Shown here one piece after another: positions 16,191-25,200 of a stretch of 27,926 nucleotides of DNA. Numbering within the stretch: the first letter of the stretch is position 1; each line of letters opens with the position of its first letter. The stretch is from a virus (Duplodnaviria > Caudoviricetes): positions 1 to 27,926 of IMG/VR virus record IMGVR_UViG_3300015370_001127. The stretch is one strand, 5' to 3'. The translations under genes and the position numbers were made by a program. The notes under the pieces were generated by a model. It searched no databases and had not been told where the DNA came from. It worked only from the letters and a program-made list of their open reading frames with translations.

Positions 16191-16796
16191 ATGAGATTGA
16201 TGACGGAAGTTGATATGAGAGCGCTGGACAAGGCGATAAAGATTGCGCCGAGAATATTAAAGTTTGAGCTTGGTGACGGCATGGACCGTATCAGCAAAGG
16301 ATTTTTAAAGAGATTCAGACAACAGAGGCTTCAGGGTCCGCCCGGGGTCCGGGGAGCATCAGGCTACGGTCTTTTCGGCACATTCAAAAGAGTATCACTT
16401 GTATCCTCTACGATTGAAGGCATGGGCATGCAGGTTTATTCGGAGTCGAAGATTGCCAAGCTTCATGAAACAGGAGGAGTCGTTACTGATCCAAGCGGCG
16501 GCCGGATGGCAGTTCCTCTGTCTGCGAGGAGCCAGATGTTTACTCCAAAAGGAAAATTACGGGCGAAGTATAAAAAACCCCGGGAATTGAAGAACGTGGA
16601 GCCGATGAGATTCAAAGGACAGACTTTTCTTGTGAGAGTGACGAAGCGAGCGCAGAAGTTATTACCTTTGTACGTATTAAAGAGGTCGGTGCGGTTAAAG
16701 CCGCGCTTAGGATTTTATAGAGTGTGGGATAGTTTAGCAAATTACAGGATCGAGATTCTTAATAAAAAAATAGAAAACGCTTTAAGGAAAATTTAA
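16191..16796 (+). CDS. Neck/tail completion protein (HK97 gp10/Mu G/lambda Z-like position)
   Basis: Very basic; AKLHETGGVV..MAVPL..LYVLKRSVRLKPRLGF. Confidence 0.65.
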   Translation: MRLMTEVDMRALDKAIKIAPRILKFELGDGMDRISKGFLKRFRQQRLQGPPGVRGASGYGLFGTFKRVSLVSSTIEGMGMQVYSESKIAKLHETGGVVTDPSGGRMAVPLSARSQMFTPKGKLRAKYKKPRELKNVEPMRFKGQTFLVRVTKRAQKLLPLYVLKRSVRLKPRLGFYRVWDSLANYRIEILNKKIENALRKI

Positions 16797-16816
16797 TAGT
16801 TCGACAGGCTCACTAT
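16796..16816 (-). repeat. REP-like hairpin (GTGAGC-n-GTCGAAC family), copy 2
   Basis: Minus strand ATAGT-GAGCCTGTCGA-ACTAT; same core as 14119-14146 in the opposite orientation. Confidence 0.55.
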
Positions 16817-16821
16817 AAATC

Positions 16822-17286
16822 ATGGAAACGGTAAGAGAAAGAATACTTGCGAACATCAAAACGACGCTCGAGGACATAACAGTTGCCAACGGGTATAATT
16901 TCGATTTTACTGCCGACACTGTTCAGAGATGGTCAATGCAGGGCAATAGATTGGTCGACCTTCCCGCTGTTGTAATAAGCCCGGGCGATGAAGAAGAAAA
17001 AGGATCGCCAAATCCTTTTGAGGAATGCTATTTGATTGTTTATCTCGATGTATTTTTCGTGAATGACGAAGGTGATTCGATAGTTACGGATACCCATTTA
17101 AATAGATTGCAGGGCGATATGAAAAAAGCGATTTTACAAGACCATACTCGTGGGGGCGAGGCGATAGATACGGATGTTTTGGGGACGACTCCCTTTGAAA
17201 CTACGGAAGGCCAGCCTTACGCAGGGATAATAATGGAGTTGGGTATAAGATATCGCCATTTAAGGTCCGACCCAACCGCAAAATAA
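16822..17286 (+). CDS. Tail terminator protein (gpU-like)
   Basis: VRERILANIKTTL..LPAVVI..DHTRGGEAIDT..IRYRH; acidic, immediately before the tail tube gene. Confidence 0.75.
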   Translation: METVRERILANIKTTLEDITVANGYNFDFTADTVQRWSMQGNRLVDLPAVVISPGDEEEKGSPNPFEECYLIVYLDVFFVNDEGDSIVTDTHLNRLQGDMKKAILQDHTRGGEAIDTDVLGTTPFETTEGQPYAGIIMELGIRYRHLRSDPTAK

Positions 17287-17290
17287 AGAA

Positions 17291-17324
17291 TTTCAGCCGG
17301 AGGCTGATCCGCCTCTGGCGGAAA
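17291..17324 (+). repeat. Intergenic REP-like hairpin
   Basis: TTTCAGCCGGAGGC-TGATCC-GCCTCTGGCGGAAA, abutting the RBS of the tail tube gene. Confidence 0.55.
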
Positions 17325-17338
17325 AGGAGGGATGAATT

Positions 17339-18490
17339 ATGTCAATGTTAATACGTAAAAGGCAGTTAGCGGCTAAGATCGAGAGTGTTGAAGGCACAGC
17401 CGAAACTTTGGCGGCCGCAGACGCGGGGCTGTTGGTTAATTTCACGCCTAAGGCGAATTACGATCCGCAGATGTATCAAAGGAATCCTGTGCGTTCTTCG
17501 CTTACCAAGATGGGCAAGTTAACCGGTAAGCGTTCGGCAGGGCTTGATTTCAGTATCGAGTTAAAAGGATCAGGTTCATTAACAGAAGAACCAGAATGGG
17601 CGAAGCTGATTAAGGCATGCGGTTTTGAGATTAATATTCTCGAAAAGATTACCATAGGCGCTGTTGCGGGAGGTCCGTTTCAGCATGGAGAGACAATCAC
17701 GGGAGGGACATCTCTTGCAACGGGCAGGGTTGTAATCGAAACAGCAGACGGTACGACTACGCTTTACTTTGTTGAAATAACCGGCACGTTTGAAACCGGT
17801 GAAGTGCTTACCGGAGAAACTTCCGGAGCAACTGCGACTACAGGCTCGGTGCCTTCTGATGCCGGGTATGAGGTAAAGCCTATATCGAGCTTGGTTCCTT
17901 CATTGACCATGGGGTTGTATGAAGACGGCATAAGGAAGCTGCTTAAAGGATGCAGGGGGACAGCCAAGTTCAATTTTAGGATAGGCGAACCGGCAACAGT
18001 GGATTTTAGTTTTAAGGGGGTTGAAGCCGGGGTATCGGATTTGGCGTTGCTTACAGGGATTAGTTACGACGATGTGGTTCCGCCGGTTCTCTTGAATGCA
18101 GTGATGTCGTGTGACGGTGTTTCCCTGAATCTTGGAGAGCTGGATATCGATATTGCCAACACCCTGGCTCCAAAGGATAAGATTGACGATGCAAAAGGTA
18201 TTTTATCCTTTATGATCACCGAGCGTGACACGCAAGGGTCGTTTAATCCTGAGATGGTGCTGGTGGCAACACATGATTTTTACGACAAGTGGTTCAGCAA
18301 TACGCCTATGGTTCTTGACATGGCCTATGGCTCTGTGGACGGCAATAAGATCAGGGTTTATGCCCCGAGTATTATCTATAACAAAGTAGATGATGCGGAT
18401 CGTGACGGCATACAGCTGGCTCAGACGGCATTCGACGTAACCGGTTCGATGGAGCCGGGAGATGATGAACTGGCAATTTTACTTTTATAA
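17339..18490 (+). CDS. Major tail tube protein with internal inserted domain
   Basis: LAAKIES..G, DFSIELKGSG..PEW..LIKACG, GCRGTAKF..GE...DFSFKG, ITERDTQGSF; position before chaperone and tape measure. Confidence 0.8.
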   Translation: MSMLIRKRQLAAKIESVEGTAETLAAADAGLLVNFTPKANYDPQMYQRNPVRSSLTKMGKLTGKRSAGLDFSIELKGSGSLTEEPEWAKLIKACGFEINILEKITIGAVAGGPFQHGETITGGTSLATGRVVIETADGTTTLYFVEITGTFETGEVLTGETSGATATTGSVPSDAGYEVKPISSLVPSLTMGLYEDGIRKLLKGCRGTAKFNFRIGEPATVDFSFKGVEAGVSDLALLTGISYDDVVPPVLLNAVMSCDGVSLNLGELDIDIANTLAPKDKIDDAKGILSFMITERDTQGSFNPEMVLVATHDFYDKWFSNTPMVLDMAYGSVDGNKIRVYAPSIIYNKVDDADRDGIQLAQTAFDVTGSMEPGDDELAILLL

Positions 18491-18507
18491 AAAGAGGAGG
18501 TGCTTTT

Positions 18508-18933
18508 ATGTTAACGGGAATCGATGTAACTGCTACCAGAAAATATGTATCGAAGTTTGATCCGGACAAAGAAAGTCCTACGGTTTTTCATATCGGGTTT
18601 CTGGATCCGGCATTAAGGGCAGAGATTGACGATGACTCATCGAGTTATGAGATGAGTTCTACGAATCCGAACGATAAGGCGAAGGTAAAACTTAACTGGA
18701 ACAAGCGCCAGATTACGGCTATCAAGTTCGGACTTAAAAACGTAGAGAACTTTTTGGATCCTCAGACCAAGAAAGCAATCGAGTTTCAGTGCGAGACTAT
18801 TCGCTATGCCGGGAAAATGAGGGATTGTGTTCCGGATAGGATTATTGCGATGTTTCCAAGCGAGTTGAGAGCTGAGCTTGCGGAGGTGATATTGGATGAG
18901 TCCAAGCTTTCGGAGGAAGAAAGAAAAAACTAA
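18508..18933 (+). CDS. Tail assembly chaperone (gpG-like)
   Basis: Between tube and tape measure; ends LSEEERKN on slippery A-AAA-AAC. Confidence 0.8.
   Translation: MLTGIDVTATRKYVSKFDPDKESPTVFHIGFLDPALRAEIDDDSSSYEMSSTNPNDKAKVKLNWNKRQITAIKFGLKNVENFLDPQTKKAIEFQCETIRYAGKMRDCVPDRIIAMFPSELRAELAEVILDESKLSEEERKN
18924..18930 (+). other. Programmed -1 ribosomal frameshift site (A AAA AAC)
   Basis: XXXYYYZ heptamer just before TAA. The -1 frame (CTA ATA GTG GCG..) is continuous with ORF 18936..19259. Confidence 0.75.
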
Positions 18934-18935
18934 TA

Positions 18936-19259
18936 GTGGCGGTTCATTTGGGCGGCCTTACCATGAACTGCCAAAGCTGTTTATCCGGAAAGAAAACACT
19001 ATGTGAGTTTGAGGTGCCGGGACAAGAGATTTGGGAGCTAAACGGCGAGCAGTATAAAGGATGCCCTTTTAAAATCGTCACACGGAAAAGTGCGAATTTT
19101 TTAAGGGCATTTAATTTTTATGAACGCGGATATTTGCCAAACCCTGGAGGTTGGATAGACCAATCAGCCAAGATGTTGGATGCCTTTGAGGTAATCGAGA
19201 AAGAACGCCGATCAATAGAAATTGAAAAAGAACGGAAAAGGAATTTATTCAGACGATGA
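18936..19259 (+). CDS. Tail assembly chaperone frameshift extension (gpT-like), Cys-containing
   Basis: No good RBS; in the -1 frame relative to the upstream gene. CQSC..C..CP, GYLPNPGGWIDQ. Confidence 0.75.
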   Translation: MAVHLGGLTMNCQSCLSGKKTLCEFEVPGQEIWELNGEQYKGCPFKIVTRKSANFLRAFNFYERGYLPNPGGWIDQSAKMLDAFEVIEKERRSIEIEKERKRNLFRR

Positions 19260-20914
19260 CGAATAAAGAGTTATCTATAATCTTAAGGCTTCGTGATGAA
19301 GCTTCAAAGCGCCTTGAAGGAGTGCGTGGTAACCTGCAGAGGTTCGCCAACTTTTGGAAGAAAAACTGGCTAGCAATTACTGCGGCTATTACCGCAAGTA
19401 TCATGGCTCTTCGTAAAGCCTGGGAGATGATGGAACTTGGTGCCAAGGTAGAACAGCAGAAACAGGCCTTTGAAAATCTTGCCTCTTCTCTCGGTATGAG
19501 TTCGGAAAAGATAATAAAAGACTTGCGTAAAATGTCTGGTGAAACCATGTCTACCGCAGAGATTATGGGAAAGGCCTCTCAGGCAATGATCTTGGGGATT
19601 GACCCGACTAAATTAGCCAAGATGATGGAGATATCACGCGCATCAGCTCGGGCGTTTGGCAAAGACGTGGGCTTTATGTTCGAGAGTATTGCTATCGGCG
19701 TAGGCAGGCAGTCAAAGCTTATCCTGGATAACTTGGGGATTATCGTGAGCGCGGGAAAGGCATATGAGACGTACGCAAAATCAATCGGCAAATCAACCAA
19801 AGAATTAACCGAGATGGAAAGAAAACAGGCCTTCTTGAACGCGACCCTTGAAGCAGGTGACAGGATTCTTCAACAGATAGATACTTCTACAATGACAAAC
19901 TTAGAGAAAATGCAGAAGCTAAAGGCGGCGTGGGAAGATTTTTCAGTAAAGATAGGTCAGGCTTTATGGCATGTATTAGGTTTTATTCAGGGATTTATGA
20001 ATCAGCTTGTAGCGGGTTTCTTTCAGCTGTTAGAAGTAGCGACAACGGTATTCCAAAAAATGCTGGTGCCGTTGATAAAGTTATATGAATTGTTGGGCAA
20101 ACTGCCCGGGAAAGTAGGAGAGGCATATAGGCAGGCAGGAGAAAGCGTAAAGAAATTATCTTCTGATATGGAATTGAATAAAAAAGCCTTTGAGATGGCG
20201 TCGATAGAAAGCGCAAAAGTTGCCATGGAGCAATATGACCTTGTGTTTGCCAAGGTAAAAGAAACCGGCAACAACACCGCGGAGATATTAAAGAATGTGG
20301 CCAAGCAGGTTGGCGAGAACGCAAAGGAAACGGCGAAGCAGTTTAATGCCATGGAAGAGTTTGCCAAGCAATCCGCGCGTAATATGCAGAATGCTTTTTC
20401 AGAGTTTTTCTTCAAGGCGTTCACGGGTGAGTTAAGGAACCTAAGGGAGATATTCGCTAATTTCGGAAGAGCGGTCCTGCAGATGATATCGAACATTTTA
20501 GCGAAACTACTTTTGATTAAACTCTTTACGGCTATGGCCGGGCCCGGCGGCAAGATATTCGGCGTGGATATCGGAGCTTTGTTTCATCATGGTGGAATGG
20601 TTAGAAGGCATCACGGAGGGTTGATAAGGGCGCACGGCGGGCTTTCCCCCGATGAGGTGCCGATTATTGCTCAGACCGGAGAAGGCATTTTATCACGACG
20701 AGGAATGGGGGCGTTAGGCGGCTCAGATAACCTAAAGGCACTTAATAGAGGTGAGGCGGTTACACAAGGCGGTGTGACAATTAATATCAATCAGGTTATA
20801 CAAGCCTGGGACGCGCAGGATGTATGGAGAAACAGGAAGGCGTTATCGAATGCTATTGCCGACGACATTTACAATAACGGAAAAATACGGTCGGTTATCA
20901 GGAGTTACACATGA
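19256..20914 (+). CDS. Tail tape measure protein (552 aa)
   Basis: LSIILRLRDEAS N-terminus, Ala/Lys-rich helical body, ILDNLGI, C-terminal HxGG..DEVPIIAQTGE motif. Confidence 0.9.
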   Translation: MTNKELSIILRLRDEASKRLEGVRGNLQRFANFWKKNWLAITAAITASIMALRKAWEMMELGAKVEQQKQAFENLASSLGMSSEKIIKDLRKMSGETMSTAEIMGKASQAMILGIDPTKLAKMMEISRASARAFGKDVGFMFESIAIGVGRQSKLILDNLGIIVSAGKAYETYAKSIGKSTKELTEMERKQAFLNATLEAGDRILQQIDTSTMTNLEKMQKLKAAWEDFSVKIGQALWHVLGFIQGFMNQLVAGFFQLLEVATTVFQKMLVPLIKLYELLGKLPGKVGEAYRQAGESVKKLSSDMELNKKAFEMASIESAKVAMEQYDLVFAKVKETGNNTAEILKNVAKQVGENAKETAKQFNAMEEFAKQSARNMQNAFSEFFFKAFTGELRNLREIFANFGRAVLQMISNILAKLLLIKLFTAMAGPGGKIFGVDIGALFHHGGMVRRHHGGLIRAHGGLSPDEVPIIAQTGEGILSRRGMGALGGSDNLKALNRGEAVTQGGVTININQVIQAWDAQDVWRNRKALSNAIADDIYNNGKIRSVIRSYT

Positions 20915-21249
20915 GCGATTTTAATTATACGCCGGACTTTACGGTTGATGAAGCGGTTCAGTATAAGACGCTTGTTTCCGAGTTCGAGAATGGAGTCGAA
21001 CAGCGCAGGCGCAAATGGGCGAACCCTTTGAGGAAATGGACGTTGAGGTTTGGGCATAGGACGTTGTCCGAGATGAACGATATTCGTGATTTCTTCATGG
21101 GCAAATATGGAGCGCTTACGTCATTCACCTGGACTAATCCCAACGATTCGGTGGAGTATACGGTCAGGTTTGTCGAGGATAGTTTTAAGTTTGTTTTAAG
21201 GGCGTATCAGATCTATGACTTTGAACTCGATTTTATAGAGGTGAAATAG
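20911..21249 (+). CDS. Distal tail protein (gpM/DUF2460-like)
   Basis: SEFENGVEQRR..RKWTL..DFF..GALTSFTWTNP..VRF. Confidence 0.82.
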   Translation: MSDFNYTPDFTVDEAVQYKTLVSEFENGVEQRRRKWANPLRKWTLRFGHRTLSEMNDIRDFFMGKYGALTSFTWTNPNDSVEYTVRFVEDSFKFVLRAYQIYDFELDFIEVK

Positions 21250-21860
21250 TGCCGAGAAATATAGACGCAACATTTAAGGCTGAGAAAGCCAAGCAGGAAA
21301 ACCAGCCGATATTTTTATATACCATCGAAGATTACGATGGCTCTACCGATCTTCATCTCGCCGGATATGATACGGACATCACTTATAATTCGGTTTTTTA
21401 TTCAAAGTTTCCCATAGCCCATGAGTTTGTAGGCGAGAACAACCAGGGGCAGATCGATCAGGTCAAAGTGAGGCTGGCCAATGTGTCGAGGCTTATCCAA
21501 TCCTATCTTGAGCAGTATGATTTCAGGGGCAAGAAAGTTATTATCCGTATGGTCTGGGCAAATCAATTGTCCGATCCGGATGCATATATAGACGATGTTT
21601 TCTATATCGATAACTATGTGGCAGACCAGAATAATGTCGAGTTTACCTTAACCGGCAAGTTCGACGTCTTGGGAGTGGACTTGCCGTCACGAAGGTATAC
21701 CAGAAACTATTGCGCCTGGAAATTCAAATCAAGCGAATGCGGATATTCGGGAGGAGAAACGTCGTGCAACAAGACACAGCAAAGATGCAAAGAGATAGGA
21801 AATTACTCGAGGTTCGGAGCTTTCCCTTCGGTGCCGACAGGACGGATATACATCATGTAG
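21249..21860 (+). CDS. Tail tip/hub protein (gpL-like) with C-terminal 4-Cys cluster
   Basis: LPSRRYTRNYCAWKFKSSECGY..CNKT..C..RFGAFP mirrors the lambda gpL Fe-S motif. Confidence 0.85.
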   Translation: MPRNIDATFKAEKAKQENQPIFLYTIEDYDGSTDLHLAGYDTDITYNSVFYSKFPIAHEFVGENNQGQIDQVKVRLANVSRLIQSYLEQYDFRGKKVIIRMVWANQLSDPDAYIDDVFYIDNYVADQNNVEFTLTGKFDVLGVDLPSRRYTRNYCAWKFKSSECGYSGGETSCNKTQQRCKEIGNYSRFGAFPSVPTGRIYIM

Positions 21861-22264
21861 AGAAGCTTATCATCGATAAGTATCTGGGCATTCCTTATAA
21901 GCACAGGGGCCGGGAGATGGATGGCCTGGACTGCTGGGGATTTTTGAAGTTCGTATATGCGGACTTGGGTTTTAAATTGTTTGACATCGAGGACCTGGAA
22001 TATGGCCAGGCATGGGGGCTTCGCGATAAAGATTATTTCAAGGAGAATTATATCAATGATTGGGAAAGAAGCGAAGTTCCCGAAGTATTGGATGCGGTGT
22101 TATTTCTAAACTCCCGGGGAAAGGCAAATCATGCGGGTGTAATCTTTAAGAACAGGAAGTTTATCCATTGTTGCCGGGCAGGTGTGATTGTGTCGAGGCT
22201 GGATGATGAGTCTTGGAAGAAAAGAATCGAAGGTTTCTATAGATTAAGGAATAAGGCATGGTAA
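21785..22264 (+). CDS. NlpC/P60 tail tip assembly protein (gpK-like; start uncertain)
   Basis: YLGIPYKHRGR..GLDCWG..HAGV..FIH (Cys-His-His). Confidence 0.88.
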   Translation: MQRDRKLLEVRSFPFGADRTDIHHVEKLIIDKYLGIPYKHRGREMDGLDCWGFLKFVYADLGFKLFDIEDLEYGQAWGLRDKDYFKENYINDWERSEVPEVLDAVLFLNSRGKANHAGVIFKNRKFIHCCRAGVIVSRLDDESWKKRIEGFYRLRNKAW

Positions 22265-25200
22265 CTATACGCAATATCGAAAACCCTTTTAAATTAGACC
22301 AGGCAGAAATCAAAGAGTTTGATTATTCACGAAGCGAGACTGTACGTAGTTTGCTGGATAAGTCCGGTTTCGATTATAAGGATAAGCGGGTTATTGTCAC
22401 CGGCAAAAAGATTGAGGATCTTGATGTCCGGGCTGAGCAGGGAGACGAGATAACTGTTATCCCTGAAGTTAAGGCGCCGGTAATAGCTGTTATCTCTTGG
22501 ATTGTATCGGCCGTAGCGGCCTATGCGATAGCTCATCCATTTATATTTGCTTTCTATGTATTGTCTTTAGGATATTCGATTTATCAATATATGAATCAGC
22601 CGAAGATGGCTGATTTTAATTTGGGATCTACAGGCCTGGATGAAGGTTCGCCTACATACGGCTGGGACGGCGTTCAGACGATACAAGAGGTTGGCGTGCC
22701 GGTTGCGGTTGTTTACGGTGAGCATAAAATCGGCGGGAATATCATAAACCAGTTTATCCGGGATGCCGGGGATAAACATTATTTGAATGTGCTCTTGGCT
22801 TTATGTGAAGGCGAGATTGAGGAGATCGGTGATATCGAAATCAATAATAATTCAGTGGATAATTTTGACGGCGTTGACACAGTCAAACGTTACGGCACGA
22901 ATGATCAGTCATTAATCGAAGATTTCGAAGATCTGCATAATCTTTATACGGTTAATGTAAGCCTTCTAAAAGATGATCCTCATGTTTATGAGACGGTTGA
23001 TGCTGATGTCGAAGGGTTTGAAATTCTTTTAAGGTTGAATAACGGGTTGTATCAACAAAGTTCCGGCGGCGGGATAAACAGCTGGAGCGTAATCTATAAA
23101 GTAGAATACAAACTGCATACCTCAGGTACCTGGATTGATATGGGTGAGACCGGTATCTCCGACAACTCACGCTCACCTGTAAGAAGAACCTATAGAAAAA
23201 CAGGGCTTACTCCCGGACAGTATGATATTCGGGTGACAAGGATGTCCGATGACAGCTCTCTTGATCCCTTGAAGCAGGGCGATTTAACCTGGTATCAATT
23301 AGATGAATTAAAAACTGACAGCCTTAATTATCCAAACACAGCGTTATTGGGGTTGAAGCTTTTGGCAACAGACCAGCTTTCCGGCGGCATGCCTAATATC
23401 ACGACAGTGGTTAAAGGAAAAAAAGTCCTCATTCCTAATATTTTAAATGGCGCAACTCCTGTCGATTGGGAAGATTATTATTGGGATGGCGTAGATTATA
23501 GGTTGCTTTCAGATGATACGTTGCTTTCATGGGACGGCTCAACCTATGTCGAGAAATACTGCGCCAATCCTGTATGGTGCTTAAAAGATTTTGTTACGAA
23601 TAACCGCTACGGTTTAGGAGAGTTTATATCCATCGGGAATTTAGACGCCGTTTCTCTTTTGGAAATGTCCAGGTATTGTGAGGAGAAGATTGGCGATGGA
23701 GACGGCGGCTTTGAGAAAAGATTCAGGATGGATGTGGTAATCGATTCCAACACAAAGGCGCTGGACGTTTTGATTCAGTTATGCGCCACGTTCAACGCTA
23801 TGCCGGTATATAGCGCGGGCGGGATATCGTTTAAGATTGATAAACAGGCCAACCCCACGCAGTTATTCAGCATGGGCAATATTATCAAAGATAGTTTCGT
23901 TCAGAGCTGGAAGACGTTAAAAGAAATCCCCAATGTAATCGAGATCCAGTTTATGGATAAAGATAAAGGGTACCGGCAGGAAACGATAGCTTACATCGAT
24001 GAGGACACCTTGGCGGCCGGAGATCCTATGCGCAAGAGCCAGGTGAGGTTATTTACGACTCGGGCAAGCTATGCTATCCGCGCAGGCAGATACGCGTTGA
24101 AGGTGGCTAAGTATATCAATAGATCCATTTCGTTTAAAGCGGGTATCGATGCGGTTGCCTGCCAGGCAGGAGATATTATCTCGGTTTCACACGACATACC
24201 TCAGTGGGGCTTCTCGGGCAGGGTTCAGGCAGGCTCGACAACAACGCTGGTAAAGCTGGACCGGACGATGGTGATCGAGGACGGCAAGTCTTATAAGATT
24301 CAAGTCAGGTTTTCCGACGATACCATAGAAGAACGATCTATTACGTCACCCGCAGGCAGTTATACGGAGATAGAATGCACGGCGTTTTCAACCGTGCCTC
24401 AGGCTTTCGATGTATATGCGATTGGCGAAACGAATAAGGTCAAAAAGGATTTCAGGGTTGTGTCTATTCAGAGAGAGGGCAAGGACGAAGTTCAGATAGC
24501 GGCTTTGGAATATAATGAAAATGTTTATGACGATAGCGACGTAATCATACCGGATAATAATTATTCCTCTTTGGATTTTACCATTCCTTTGGTTTCGAAT
24601 GTAGTGTTGACCGAGAGAATAATTACCCTGGCAGACGGCACCATAGAAAACGCGATAGATGTATGTTTTGAACTTCCCGACTTGGGCGCCTCGGAATTGA
24701 TGAACAGGTTCAAGGGGGTTAATGTTTATTATTCGGATAACGACGGCTTGAATTGGTATTACGTGGGATACACCGAAGGTAGCAGTATGTCCATAATCGG
24801 TAATATAGAAGTCGGCTCGACTTATAAAGTTTGTGTGACAAGCGTATCTTACGATGGTCAGGAAACAGCAAAGGCTGATTCTCCTACTGCTGAGATTACC
24901 ATTACCGGTAACACTACGCTACCAAATGATGTTTCGAATTTTGCTTATACCTTTTTAAACGAAATAGTTTTTACCTGGGATGATGTCCCAAATGCCGATC
25001 TGGCAGGGTATGAAATTCGGACCGAAGACTCGAATTGGGGAGTGCAGAGTGCCGCCCTCATATATAGCGCACTGGCAAACACATTCACGATCGTTACGCC
25101 GTCATCCAGAAACCCGGGCACGTATTACATCAAGGCCTATAACACGTCCGGTAATTATTCTGAGACAGCGCAGTCTGTAACGCCGACAAACGCGGCTCCT

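Noticed and set aside
4196-20553. Long antisense ORFs such as 4196..4756, 9546..9959, 13467..14018 and 20023..20553
   Set aside because: They lie opposite well-supported genes and have the Ser/Phe/Leu-rich composition expected from reverse-complementing Lys/Glu-rich coding DNA.
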